Shown: positions 1-13,653, counted from the stretch's first letter. The stretch is DNA of 64,000 nt from Octopus vulgaris (GCA_951406725.2 OX597820.1:118234001-118298000), one strand, 5' to 3'. Notes: a model not told the origin generated them from the letters alone. Program-made: numbers and translations.

Positions 1-38
1 TATATATGTATATATATATAGATACATATATATATATG

Positions 39-82
<44 letters not shown>

Positions 83-211
83 CCTACACGCACATACATA
101 CGAAACATTACAAATACATACATAAATATACGCATACAGAGAAGAATACGTACACGCAATCACCAATCACACGATACAAACGCCAACTCGTTGACATAGA
201 AAACACACACA

Positions 212-242
<31 letters not shown>

Positions 243-715
243 CACACCACACACACACACACACACACCTCTACAGCTCTATCATTTGAATTTAGAGAGA
301 AAATTCTCTCAGAGGTATGTTCGTGCGTTCGATGAGGGACTCTAAAACACGCAAACTAATTTGAGCATGACACTTCACTGGAACGTATCAAAATTAATGT
401 AATACAACCTTTTGTTTCCTAACAAGTTTCTTATTTAAAACTAAAAGCAACGACACCAACAACAACAACAACAACAGACACAACAGACACAACAGCAACA
501 ATAACAACAGGAATAACAGAAGAAACATGAAGAAAACAATCCCTAAAAATGCAAAAAAAAAAAAAAGACCCAGCACAAACACCGAACTCACAGGCATCAA
601 CATGAACGATATTAAAAGTGAACGAAAATAACAAAACAATACAATTCAAAACAACAGAAACAACAAACAAACGAACAAAAATTAAAAAACAAACGTAACA
701 ACAGCAACAAAAATA

Positions 716-769
716 CCTCCTCCTCCTCCTCCTCATCATCATCATCATCATCATCGTCATCATCATCAT

Positions 770-801
<32 letters not shown>

Positions 802-884
802 TCATCACCAACATCATCATCATCATCACCACCACCATCATCATCACCACCATCATCATCACCACCACCATCATCATCATCACC

Positions 885-916
<32 letters not shown>

Positions 917-1066
917 CACCACCACCATCATCATCATCATCATCATCACCACCATCATCATCATCATCACCACCATCATCATCATCATCATCATCATCAC
1001 CACCACCATCATCATCATCATCATCATCATCACCACCACCACCACCACCACCACCATCATCATCAT

Positions 1067-1125
<59 letters not shown>

Positions 1126-1168
1126 CCACCATCATCACCATCATCATCATCATCATCATCATCATCAT
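716..1168. repeat. Compound trinucleotide microsatellite (CCT)n-(CAT)n with (CAC)n interruptions
   Basis: Directly visible; it produces the poly-M/V and poly-D/G ORFs 431..1255 and 612..1178. Confidence 0.97.
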
Positions 1169-1703
1169 TGTCATCCAAAGCAGTAGTAGCACCGTCATCA
1201 AAAAAAAAAGAAGAAAAAAACTAGTAACAACAACATCGACAGCAACACTTTTCAAACTAACAATAACAATAACAACAAATAAAAAGAGTGGATGAGAGCA
1301 ACAAAGAAGAAATGCAACAACTGAAAAAAAGAAGACAAAAAAACCCCCCCAGAAAAATGGAAAAAAAAAGTGGGAAAAAAAAAAAATTAAAGGAAATTAA
1401 AAAAAAAAAAAAACAGGACTCTAATCAAAGATGGAGATAAGGGGAGATAACTAATGAGCAGAACGAAGATGGAAGCTTTGGAGAAGCATAATTGAAAGAG
1501 GGTTGGAAAGTAGATTAAAAAAAAAAAAAGAGAGATAAAGCAAAAAAAAAAAAAAAAAGGTGTATAAGACGCGAGAGACAAAAGATTAGTAGAGTGTAAA
1601 GAAGAGAAAGATTGTGTTTCGTGATAATATGAGTGTAATGGAAGTATGAACAAAATGGCGGACGGAGAGAAGATAATGGCCCTCGTCCTTTCTTTCCTTC
1701 TAT

Positions 1704-1738
<35 letters not shown>

Positions 1739-1780
1739 GTCTGCCTTTCTTTTCTCTCGATGTACATATACACATATACA

Positions 1781-1835
<55 letters not shown>

Positions 1836-1917
1836 TACACATGCATACATACATTTACATCCGTGCATGCATACATACATACATACATACATACATACAT
1901 GTATATGTATGTATGTA

Positions 1918-1953
<36 letters not shown>

Positions 1954-1981
1954 CATATACTTACATATATACATATACAAT

Positions 1982-2019
<38 letters not shown>

Positions 2020-2420
2020 CATCTTTATACACACACACACACATATATATATACATGCATATATACATTTACATCCGTGCATGCATACATAGTTACATAC
2101 ATATATATACACATATATATACACATATACATACATAGATGCATATATGTATATATACATATATACATACAAATATATTCATATATATACATAAATATAC
2201 GCCTCCATACGCACATACATACCTATCTACTTATATGTAAATACGTATGTACATGCATGCATACATATACACGCACGTATGTGAGTGTGTATGCGAACAC
2301 CTATCAATAGAAATGAAATACGATTTAGAGGTGTGTTTTGAGAAGTATATTTAAATGAAAAGAAACCGCATGTATATATGTATGTATATACATATATACG
2401 TACATACATACATACATACA

Positions 2421-2456
<36 letters not shown>

Positions 2457-2490
2457 TATATATATTTGTGTGTTTGTCTATATATATGTA

Positions 2491-2521
<31 letters not shown>

Positions 2522-3099
2522 ATACGTACATATATGTATATATATTCGCGTACGTAGACGTGAAATGCACACGGTTACAAGAAAGGATTGAAAGGTAGCA
2601 CGTGAAATGTTGTGAGGAGGACACAGAGAAGGATTCATTTGGCGAACAAGTGACAATCTACATAGCAATCACTAAAGCATGTCTCGTATCAAGTGGGTGG
2701 TACATGAGATAGAATGAAAGAGGTAGAATGAAAGGTATTGGGTGTGAGAGAAGGTGATGTAGAGAGAAAGAGAAAGAGTGAGGGTAAGAGAGGAGGAGGT
2801 GAACATTATTGAAATAAGATAAGAAAATAAACAAGAGCTGCTCTACCAAAAAAAAAAGCAAAAAAAAAAGACCAAAACAAAAAGGGATCGGAAAATAATA
2901 TTAACTTGTAGTCATAGATATCTTGGGGAGCAAAAGATGTGATGTGAGTGTATATATAAAGAAGTACTCAATGCAAATAAGTTTACTTTTTATATAGACG
3001 TATATGAATGTCTGTGTATATATACGTGTGTGAGTGTGTATGTGTATGTATATATATATATATATATGAATGTATATCCGTTTGTATGCATATGCATAT

Positions 3100-3365
3100 T
3101 GTCTTCTGTTTGTAATTATTTGAAGACTTCTTGTAATGAAGGAGCTGGTTTCTAACAAAGTTTAAAAAATTCCGTCGTTGGAAAGAAGATCACAGAAACA
3201 ATGTCACATTTTAAACCTGAGAACAGTTTTGTATACTTTTAGTCATTGCATTTGTAACGTGCGAATGAAATGGTTGATTTCTTTTTCTGAAAGCCCCTTG
3301 ATTATCCAGATCGTCAATTAGGCATTTGCGCAGAAAACCAAGTGCAACAATTATTATGCTTATGT
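3100..3365 (-). mobile_element. 3' fragment of an RLE-type (R4/Dong-like) non-LTR retrotransposon
   Basis: Homologous to 3460-3720 and 36480-36735 (shared GGAGCTGGTTTCTAACAAAG 3'UTR motif and ORF end); flanked by TATG-type repeats. Confidence 0.6.
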
Positions 3366-3459
3366 CTGCACGCACGTTTGTATGCACGTATGTATCGATG
3401 TATATCTATATATGTATATATATGTGTGTGTGTATGTATGCTTGTATATATGTGTATAT

Positions 3460-4025
3460 GCTCTCTTTAATTTATAATCATTTGAAGTTTTCCTGCAAGG
3501 AAGGCGCTGGTTTCTAATAAAGATACAAAGGTCCAGTGCTGGAATGCAGATAGCAAAAACAATGTCACATTTTGAACTTGAGAAACGTCTTGTATATTTT
3601 TATTTTTCCACTTACAGATTATATTTATAATATTCGAATTAGCTGGTGGCTTTCTTTTCCTGAAAGATTGTCATTTAGGCATTTACTCACAATTTGAGGT
3701 GCCCCAATTATTATTGGTAGAAAGGTGAATTTATAATCTGGGTAGAAAATTTGAAGGTTTCGAAGTACTTGTCCATAGTTATCCTCTTTCTTTTTGATTT
3801 TTCGAAGAGATATTCACGCCAGCAGGACAGCTGACATCCATGACAGCTTCCTATTTTTTCTTGTCTCTCCCAAACAGTTATGTTTGCGCTGGGATGACGT
3901 TTTGATAGGAATGTTCCATTAATATCCCTTCTGTTGATGTTTATATTATGTATTCAAGGAAATTCAGTACATCCCAGGAGAATCATCTTTTGGATATTTT
4001 AGGGATAATGCCATGTTGCATATAT
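3460..4025 (-). mobile_element. 3' fragment of an RLE-type (R4/Dong-like) non-LTR retrotransposon, restriction-like endonuclease C-terminus
   Basis: The minus strand reads, with frameshifts, WNIPIKT..KHN..VWERQEK..VMDVSCPAGVNISSK..KKEDNYGQVLRNLQIFYPDYKFTFLPIIIGAP..VSKCLNDNL, the typical end of an RLE domain. Confidence 0.75.
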
Positions 4026-4359
4026 GTGAGTATCTTAAATTTTACTTGCAATTAGAAAACAAAAACTTCCGGTAAGGCTATTTAAAATCTGAAAATGGAA
4101 GCCAAGGGAAATGACTTCAATACTGAGAATTTAAAATTAGAAACTACAAAACGATGACCAAATAATATCCTTTTAACTGCCCCCTCCCCCATACTCGCTG
4201 AGAAGCATTTCTCTCAGCTGCCAAGTGAATAGCGAGCGAAACACACAGATACCCTGGAACTCAGCTTGGGGTAGATATTCTAAATAATTTTTATGTGGCT
4301 AAACGAAGACAATGGCTAGTAGGGTTGGAACAAAAAGAAAGTATAAGATCAAGTTGCAT

Positions 4360-4431
<72 letters not shown>

Positions 4432-4639
4432 CACACATACGCACATACACGCATAAATAGACACACATATACACACGTACAAAAATACACATACGCACAC
4501 AAATACACACACACAAAAATACACATACACACACAAATACACTCACACAAAAATACACATACACATATTCAGGGTTTCTAATTTACGGAGGTTTTCTTGC
4601 GTATATACATACGTATCATAAACTCACCTACACCCACCC

Positions 4640-4677
<38 letters not shown>

Positions 4678-5037
4678 TATACTCACATACACACACATAA
4701 ATGTCGAGGCGAACGACGGGAATGTGTGCTCAACACCGCATTGGTGGACAGAATTTGTGTACAAAGGCTACCATCGGTTTCATGTTAAGAAAAATGTCTT
4801 ATACTTGAAAAAGTTTTCAAGCCGATCATATGGAGGAATGGTGTTCGTCTCCATTTCTTAACATGAAACCAATAGTAACCTTAATACACAAACACACGAA
4901 CACACATACGCACGCACGCACAAACACAGACACACACGCACACATACACACATACACACACATACACAAACATTCACACACATACACAGACATAAATACA
5001 CACGAACACACAGAGATATATAATCATACATGTCATG

Positions 5038-5088
<51 letters not shown>

Positions 5089-5116
5089 AAATAAGCAACA
5101 GAATATGAGGTAGTAA

Positions 5117-5201
5117 TGCAGTACGCCGTTTCAAGCGGATCCATGTAATCGAACAATGCAATTATTACATCACTTTAAATGTAGTACTATCTTCAGCTGT
5201 A
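5117..5201 (-). ncRNA. Type I hammerhead ribozyme motif in a Penelope-like 3' end
   Basis: Minus strand: cag CUGAAGA [long stem II with AUGUAAU/AUUACAU] GAAA cggcg UA cug; the element end abuts (TA)n at about 5086. Confidence 0.65.
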
Positions 5202-6190
5202 GAATATAATTTTAACCAGTTGGACACACTAATATAATTTTTCTCAAATATTTTAACAGAGCAAGAAGATGGAAAAAAATCATGTTGTTGCTATTGTAGC
5301 TAAGAATAGACTACACTTCCAAGAATCGCATGAAGCCTATTGGGGGTCATAGTGTTGTAAATGATTGTAATTCATTTCTAATTCATTTATCTCTCTATCA
5401 ACTACTAAATCTAAGACTAGAAGACTGTGTTTATTATAAATAAAGAACAAGAGTGAGTTGACAGCTCATGGTTAGGTATGGCCATAAATATTGTCATATG
5501 TATCCCTTTTCCTCAAGGGGGAAAGAAATCATTAGCAGTCAATTGGCTATAAAGTAACTGTCTATAAAAAGAGGCTGGGTAGGGGAAGATTTTAAATCGT
5601 GATGTTAATTACCAGTTAAAGGGGCAAGACGCTAAGAAACCTAAGATGTTAATACAGAGGAAATTTTATTTTGGGGCACTATGGGTGATTGTTTATAAAC
5701 AATATTATGATGGTGTATAAAAAATAAATTTAAAATTCTCAAAAATGATATCATAACCAAAATAGGTAAAATATGAGTACGTATCAATTATAAACATTAA
5801 AAAGGGAAGATTTAAATAGAATCAGTTTAATATTCATTCATGTACTTAATTAATTGCTTATTAGGAGGTTTCTATAAAGACTGCTCAGGGCATTTACTTA
5901 TGGAATAATGGAAAGATAAGCATGCTATCTATATATTAATTATAAGCCAAGAATCAGGGAAAAATAAAGATGTGTACAGATACACACACATTTATATATG
6001 TGCACACATGCACACATACACATACACAAATATTTATATGTTTATATGGATATCGTATAACCATCTCGCATAGACTTAAGTAACTGAAAAATCTATTTAA
6101 GAACAAGAAAAGTAACAATTTATAAGGGATAAGAGGCTGAAAGGTAAGGATATCAAAATAACAAAACGAAATAATAAGAAATACATATAT

Positions 6191-6564
6191 GGAAGCACTC
6201 CGTCGGTTACGACGATGAGGGTTCCGGTTGATCCGATCAACGGAACAGCCTGCTCGTGAAATTAACGTGTAAGTGGCTGAGCACTCCACAGACACGTGTA
6301 CCCTTAACGTAGTTCTCGGGTATATTCAGCGTGACACAGAGAGTGACAAGGCCGGCCCTTTGAAATACAGGTACAACAGAAACAGGAAGTAAGAGTGAGA
6401 GAAAGTTGTGGTGAAAGAGTACAGCAGGGATCACCACCATCCCTGCCGGAGCCTCGTGGAGCTTTAGGTGTTTTCGCTCAATAAACACTCACAACGCCCG
6501 GTCTGGGAATCGAAACCGCGATCCTACGACCGTGAGTCCGCTGCCCTAACCATTGCGCCTCCAC
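6191..6564 (-). mobile_element. tRNA(Arg)-derived SINE, family A (octopus OR-type)
   Basis: tRNA-like head with B box and a small A-box deletion; near-identical copies at 11402, 28737, 42561 and 51864; 14-bp TSD AAGAAATACATATA at 6176-6189 and 6565-6578. Confidence 0.93.
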
Positions 6565-6823
6565 AAGAAATACATATAACCTACATTTAAAGAGACAGGG
6601 GATTAAAATTCGAGGTAGGGAAGAGAAAAATTGAACCCGAAAAGAGGAGGAAGTAGGTGTGGGTGTAGCGAGGGCAGTTAGGAGTTTTCGGACTGATGAG
6701 GTTTGCAATGTAACAGGGGTTATTGTATGATTTTGTAGTTTCTAGGGGGTATATGATTTAGTCGAAAGGAAATTTACTTACGTAAAGTCACTACAAATAT
6801 ACATAATATGATCAGTAGGGTAG

Positions 6824-6860
<37 letters not shown>

Positions 6861-6862
<2 letters not shown>

Positions 6863-7173
6863 CACCGTGATCAACGTGACCGACCAGGCTATGAGATGTT
6901 GCTACATATCGCTGGTCACAATGCGTTTCGCATTGCTTTAGCCTTCAAATGACGCTACCTCACTGGCTAAGCGAGCAGGCCAACAGAAGAATGAGTGAGA
7001 GAAAGTTGTAGCGAAAGAGTACAGCAGGGATCGCCATCACCCCCTGCCGGAGTCTCGTGGAGCTTTAGGTGTTTTTACTCAATAAACACTCACAACGCCC
7101 GGTCTGGGAATCGAAACCGCGATCCTACAACTGCGAGTCCGCTGCTCTAACCACTGGGCCATTGCGCCTTCAC
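6861..7173 (-). mobile_element. tRNA-derived SINE with family-A head and an alternative 3' tail
   Basis: The 5' ~190 bp match family A; the 3' part is unrelated and ends in CACG(G/T)TGAT repeats. Confidence 0.85.
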
Positions 7174-7264
<91 letters not shown>

Positions 7265-7620
7265 TATATATAAATCTTAATTAGGCTACCTATACCTGTC
7301 TGTGATAGCTAAATTTCCTCCGCATCTAGCAAACTTTTCACACAGCGCCCTGATAAAGGGCCACTGGGGCTAGTCTCCAATTTTCTTTTTTCTCCTTTTC
7401 CGGAAACTTACCCGTGTCGGAGGTGTGTATGTGAAAGTGTGCGTGTGTGGGCCTCTGTGTGAGTCTTTAAGTGTGTGTGTGTGTATGCACGCGCTTGTAT
7501 GTACCTTACTGCACTTTTAAAAGGGCTCACAATAAAAAGGGATCGCTGTCCTCATCCCATTATTTCTTCGCATGTTTATAGTCGTTTACAAACGATCGCC
7601 GCGGCACCATACTTTAATAT

Positions 7621-8020
7621 TCTTTTCTACTCTAGGCACAAGGCCCAAAATTTTTAGAGGAGGGGGCCAGTTGATTAGATCAACCACAGTACGAAACTGG
7701 TGCTTAATCTATCGACCGCGAAAGGATGAAAGGCAAAGTGGATCTCGACAGAATTTGAACTCAGAACGTAAAGACAGACGAAATACCTATTTCTTTATTA
7801 CCCACAAGGGGATAAGCACAGAGAGGACAAACAAGGACATACATAGGTATTAAGTCGATTACATCGACCCCAGTGCGTAACTGGTGCTTAATTTATCGAC
7901 CCCAAAAGGATGAAAGGCAAAGTCGACCTCGGCGGAATTTGAACTCAGAACGTAACGGTAGACTAAATACCGCTAAGCATTTCGCCCGGCGTGCTAACGA
8001 TTCTGCCAGCTCGCCGCCTT
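7621..8020 (-). mobile_element. tRNA-derived SINE, family C, tandem double unit
   Basis: Head GGCGAGCTGGCAGAATCGTTAGC, B box GAGTTCAAATTCC, body GCCTTTCATCCTTT.GGGGTCGATAAATTAAG; units at 7621-7785 and 7786-8020. Confidence 0.88.
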
Positions 8021-8159
8021 ATTTATTGTATTATTGTGCACTCTATCGATTACATTTAATACCAATATCTGAATTGAGATATTTCGATTTGTGCCTTTTG
8101 GGATACATTCATTAGTAGCGCTCGCTCTCGCGTACATACATACATACATACATACATAT

Positions 8160-8192
<33 letters not shown>

Positions 8193-8196
8193 TAAT

Positions 8197-8267
<71 letters not shown>

Positions 8268-8384
8268 CATACATAAACAAATACACACACACACACACAT
8301 ATATATATATATGTATATGTATACATACATGGTCTGATAATTATCTACCATACTCTATTCTAAAATTTCTTTTCGTATGTAACA

Positions 8385-8589
8385 GGCGCATTGGCAGAAA
8401 CGTTAGCAACGCCGGGCGAAATGATTAGCCGTATTTCGTCTGTGTTTTCATTCTGAGTTCAAATTCCGCCGAAGTCGACTTTGTCTTTCATCATTTCGTG
8501 GTCGAATAAATTAAGTACCAGTTGCGTACTTGGGATCGATCTAATCGGTTAGCTCAACCTCCCCCGAAAGGCGTTGTGGCTAGAGTAGA

Positions 8590-8590
<1 letters not shown>
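8385..8590 (+). mobile_element. SINE family C, diverged copy
   Basis: TGGCAGAAACGTTAGC...GAGTTCAAATTCCGCCGAAGTCGACTTTG matches the copy at 16581. Confidence 0.85.
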
Positions 8591-8620
<30 letters not shown>

Positions 8621-9116
8621 TACATATATATATATACATGCATATGTATATATACATGCATACATACGTTCACTAATGGGAGTTAGAGAGCGTGTGTGTG
8701 CTATAAATATTTTGTCAGACTTAACTATAGAATGTATATGGAAGCTGCGTTTGAACAAGGTGTTTCACTGTTTTATTAAAAATTACTGCCTTAGCCCGTA
8801 AGCTATGGCTGATTTCCGGAAGCAATGTTATTAAGTTGATAAACATCAGAAATTGCGGTTTGTAATATAATTTCAAGTAGAAGTCGATGTGTAGAAATTG
8901 GTTGATTTAATCAAAGTCATGCCTCGAACTATTTACATAGTGGGCGATGTCCCGAACGAAATTTGCTTTCATTATTCATGAAAGCGCCATAATTTTGTTG
9001 AGACAACGAAACACTAAAATTTACTCGAGAAATCGTACAATGAGCCAATAAAAGAAAATGATTGATTAAAAGAAAGAATGAATGCATAAAAGCTTAAATA
9101 CATAAATGTGAGATTG

Positions 9117-9177
<61 letters not shown>

Positions 9178-9250
9178 AAGGAAATCTATGGCTAAAAATG
9201 AAATTTGGGAATAGTTTTCAAGTATATTGCGCTTCATATAATTTTTTCAT

Positions 9251-9450
9251 CCTTTTACCTGTTTCAGTCATTTTGACTGCAGCCATGCTGGAGCACCACC
9301 TTTAGTCGAGCAAATCGACCCCGGGACTTATTCTTTGTAAGCCTAGTACTTATTATAACGGTCTCTTTTGCCGAGCCGCTAAGTTACGGCACGTAAACAC
9401 ACCAATATTGGTTGTGAAGCGATGTTGGGGGTGGACAAACACAGACACTC

Positions 9451-9491
<41 letters not shown>

Positions 9492-9592
9492 ATAGGCTTC
9501 TTTCAGTTTCCGTCTACCAGTTCCACCCAGAAGTCCTTAGTCGGCCCAAAGCTATAGTAGAAGGAACTTCCCCAAGGTGCCACACTGTAGGA
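9251..9592 (-). mobile_element. SINE family B, 5'-truncated
   Basis: Matches the family B body and tail (CATGCTGGAGCACC.CCTTTAGTCGAGCAAATCGACCCC). Confidence 0.88.
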
Positions 9593-9936
9593 CGCCATAT
9601 ATATACTTTTATATACTTTTATTTATCTTTATTCGTATATACTTTTTTGCCATTCCTTTCATTTTATATCATTTTATATTATCACAAGTATATATTTTAT
9701 TTTTAACCCTATATATTACTAACATAGATTTTGTAAATTTTTCGTATTTTTTCGCCTTTTTATTTCTTATTTTATTTTTGTAATTTTTATTTTCATTTTT
9801 GTAATTTTTTATTTGAATTTTTTATCTGCATTATGGCTTGTACTGTAGGGTCCAGCGAACCTTATTTACACATACTCATGGGTTTAAAAAAATTAAAATA
9901 TAGTTTATAGTATTGACCGATGATAAAGTGATATAA

Positions 9937-10032
9937 GGACCTGATGTTTGGGGTGACATTTTAAGAAGGGTTCCAGCAAAACACGGAGTGGTTTAGGAAC
10001 CGGGAAATGTACCACATGAAACACGTGTAGCC
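9937..10032 (+). ncRNA. Decayed type I hammerhead motif
   Basis: ggac CUGAUGU (A9 mutated) [stem II UUGGGGUGACAUUU/AAAUGUACCACAU with inner GGUUCC/GGAACC] GAAA cacgug UA gcc. Confidence 0.5.
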
Positions 10033-10113
10033 AAGTTATAAAACAGTAGGTATTTAAAATAAAAATTCTTTTTTATATGGTGAGATGAAGGGGCCTACTA
10101 TATCTAAATGATA

Positions 10114-10185
<72 letters not shown>

Positions 10186-10697
10186 GGTAAGACAACAAAA
10201 GAATGAAAGAGACCTAGATATTATTTACATAGAGGAACTTATCTGTAAATGTAATATGTGACAATTGTCACATATTACATTTACAATATATATATATATT
10301 CCCTAGGGAATTCGTTGAAAGCCTTTTCCATTTACTTTCTTTCGTTTCTTTTAAATTTATTTACGGTGCACCCTCGTATCTTTTTTTCCTTGTCTGACTC
10401 GAAATTTTCAGTTAACATCTTAACCAAAGTAAATACATGGTTCATCTATGTAGTTTGATCTTAACGTGGGGTCCCTCAACCGCAGGGGTTACAAGGGCTT
10501 AGCGACGGCCCTGTGTGCATGTATACACACACACATACATATATATATATATATGTACATATATGTGTGTGTATATATTAGTGGTTTGAAAAATTCGATA
10601 TAATCTATGCTATTAGTAGTCAAAAACTTGCACAAGATAGGCTTAAAAGAAAAAAACAATGGAGTTAACTCGAATAACGCACAACTGTATATATATA

Positions 10698-10940
10698 ATT
10701 ACCGGAGTAAGCATATAAATGTGAAACAAGGTGGAAAAAAAGAGTACTCAAATTCCAGAGGTAGAGTAATATGCTTTATTGAAAAGCAGTAGAAATATAA
10801 CAAAAGCTGTTACGCAGAGCTTCACGTTCCCGTTCATCGGACAGTTTTGTTAAAATAGAAAACAAAACTGTCCGACGAGCGGAAACGCGAAACTCTGAGT
10901 TATATTTTTGCTGCTTTTAAATGAAGCATATATAATTACT
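10698..10940. mobile_element. Penelope-like terminal sequence in inverted arrangement, with two hammerhead-like motifs
   Basis: Inverted arms about 10765-10851 and 10861-10935; each carries cugu CCGA(U/C)GA-stem II-GAA(A/G)-cucug. Confidence 0.65.
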
Positions 10941-11401
10941 GTGCAGAACATTCAGCTGCTATAGCTTCCCGTCACTCTGTTGTTGAAAGACCAGAGCTAC
11001 TTCAGTTGGATTTGAAATCCGATTAGAGATATTTGGAACTGAACATTTTTCAAAGTATTCAGTCTCATAATACGATCGATCTGTGCACCCATGAGGCACT
11101 GAGCGAGACATTATGTCGAACTGCTTAAAATAACGGCGACATTTTATTTATCTTCTACCTCATTCTCTTCAAGAAAGAAAGAACACATTAGAAAGGTTGC
11201 TGTAGCATGGGCTCGTCATGACGAGAATAACTTTAGGGATTGGGTTGCTCTGTAAAGACTGATCTGTATTTTAGAAATAACATCAATTTGGTGCAAAATT
11301 AAGACTTTGTTTGTAGCGATATGGTGTGTTCTATTCAATCGACGCCACACCTGGCAGGTAAATATTTGATTCAACTCTGAAAGGTAATTTTAACTTACAA
11401 T

Positions 11402-11788
11402 GGAAGCACTCTGTCGGTTACGACGATGAGGGTTCCGGTTGATCCGATCAACGGAACAGCCTGCTCGTGAAATTAACGTGTAAGTGGCTGAGCACTCCAC
11501 AGACACGTGCACCCTTAAGGTAGTTCTCAGGGATATTCAGCGTGACACAGAGAGTGACAAGGCCGGCCCTTTGAAATACAGGTAGAACAGAAACAGGAAG
11601 TAAGAGTGGAGTGAGAGAAAGTTGCGGCGAAAGAGTACAACAAGGGTCGCCACCACCCCCTGCAGGAGCCTCGTGGAGCTTTTAGGTGTTTTCGCTCAAT
11701 AAACACACACAACGCCCGGTCTGGGAATCGAAACCGCGATCCTCCGACCGCGAGTCCGCTGCCCTAACCACTGGGCCATTGCGCCTCC
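11402..11788 (-). mobile_element. SINE family A, full length
   Basis: A box TGGCCCAGTGG, B box GTTTCGATTCC; TSD TTAACTTACAAT at 11390-11401 and 11789-11800. Confidence 0.95.
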
Positions 11789-12225
11789 TTAACTTACAAT
11801 ATACATGTACAAAACCCAAAATTATATGGAGTCTAGTAGAACACACTGCCGTTGTTGCATTTCCACGCTGCCTCATTAATATTTATGAGAATGATCAGAT
11901 AATGGAACCGAGTGGAGGTTCATCTGCAAAAATTAAAAACCTAATCACCTTACTGATTAAAAAAAGAGGAACATGTTGGATAATGTTAGTTTGAGGTACT
12001 ATAAACAAAAATGGGATGATTGAGCAATGAGGTAGCTATACCTGCTGGAAATAGCAGCCAAATGTCCTTCTTATCACTACCTGTCACTTTATTAAAGGAA
12101 GAAGGCTTAACAGATTGTGGGAATATGGATGTTAATGGTTGCAATACCTTTGATGATAGTTTTTTTTTCAGCCAGGTATGACCATGGATCACAAAGCGTA
12201 AGTACTGAAAAAATTCTGATTGTTT

Positions 12226-12650
12226 TATTTTTGACTTGTTTCAGTCATTAGACTGCGACCATTCTGGGGCACAGCCTTCAAGAATTTTAATCGAACGAAT
12301 CGCCATTAGTACTTATGTTTTATCTTTAAACTTGGTGATACTTGTATCGGCTTCTTTTGTCGAACCACTAAGTTATGCGGACGTAAACACATCAACAAGG
12401 GTTATCAAGCAGTGGTGGACACACACATACACACACACAAACACTCTCTCCCCCCTCTCTCTCTTACTCGCACATATATGTATAAAATGGCGGGTTTCTT
12501 TCAATTTCCGTCTACCAAAAACGCTGGCAAGGCTTTGGTTAACTCATGGTTATAATAGAAGACAGTCGCTCACAGTGCCATGCAACTGGGACTGAACCTG
12601 GAACCTTGTGGTTGGGAAGCAAACTTCTTACCACAGAGCCACGACTGTAT
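12226..12650 (-). mobile_element. SINE family B, old diverged copy
   Basis: Colinear similarity to family B from tail to head. Confidence 0.75.
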
Positions 12651-13268
12651 CTATCCTGAGAAATTCTTGATAAGTAGGGCCAACTTTGCATAGATTGGAA
12701 AATTAGACTATGTTGTGTTGAAAAACGTCAAGGATGTAGCTAACAAGAGCTGCATCATGTGGAAACGGTATCTGTCTAAGGATACAATTTATTTTCTTCC
12801 TGTGGTATACCTCGGTAAACTTATCCAATTTGCTGTCATTGTGTGTGTGAATATATTCAGCATCAGTGGAAGACAACACGGCTGAAATTTAGGAAAAAAT
12901 GTGTTTTCTAAACTTGAACAGAAACAATTGAAGCGCCATTTTCTGTGGGTGAAGATATTGGGAGATAACTTTTGGGTAATATCATAGCAATCTGTCATCG
13001 GAACGAGTTAATGGGAATGGCTGTAAGAATTCTTTTCCTGAAATCACGTTTAATCTAGAATCTAGCATCACTTTTAATTATTGTGATTAGATTTATAAAA
13101 AAAATGTGCTTTTACCGACATTAATATTCAAGTTTTAATTGTAGTTAACATGACTGGCGTGACAGCGGCTTCGATAATAGGCAGAAACGTTAATAATGAC
13201 AGTAATATAAACATAAAAAAAAAATGATATAAATCGCATTAATAAAGCTGCTGGTAATAATAATGATG

Positions 13269-13299
<31 letters not shown>

Positions 13300-13372
13300 C
13301 GATCACAATCATAATAGTGATAACGAGGATGAAGATGATAGTAAACCCATGAATAATGACGATACATATATG

Positions 13373-13429
<57 letters not shown>

Positions 13430-13454
13430 GCATATATATGTATATATATATGTA

Positions 13455-13497
<43 letters not shown>

Positions 13498-13592
13498 GGA
13501 TATATATACGTATATATATGTATATATATGTATGTATATATATATATATATATATGGATTTATATACGTATATATATGTATATATATGTATG

Positions 13593-13653
<61 letters not shown>

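Noticed and set aside
612-1178. Asp/Gly-rich ORF resembling an acidic biomineralisation protein
   Set aside because: It is entirely a (GAT/GGT)n microsatellite, with no signal peptide or unique coding flank.
1660-1680. Resemblance to miR-184 (GGACGGAGA..GATAA.GGC)
   Set aside because: Several mismatches to a normally invariant miRNA and no precursor hairpin.
5106-5115. let-7-like TGAGGTAGTA
   Set aside because: Only 10 nt match, no hairpin, and it lies in a Penelope-like terminus.
7345-7372. CTGATAAAGGGCC, a possible hammerhead start
   Set aside because: Core mutated and no matching GAAA/stem III/stem I' found.
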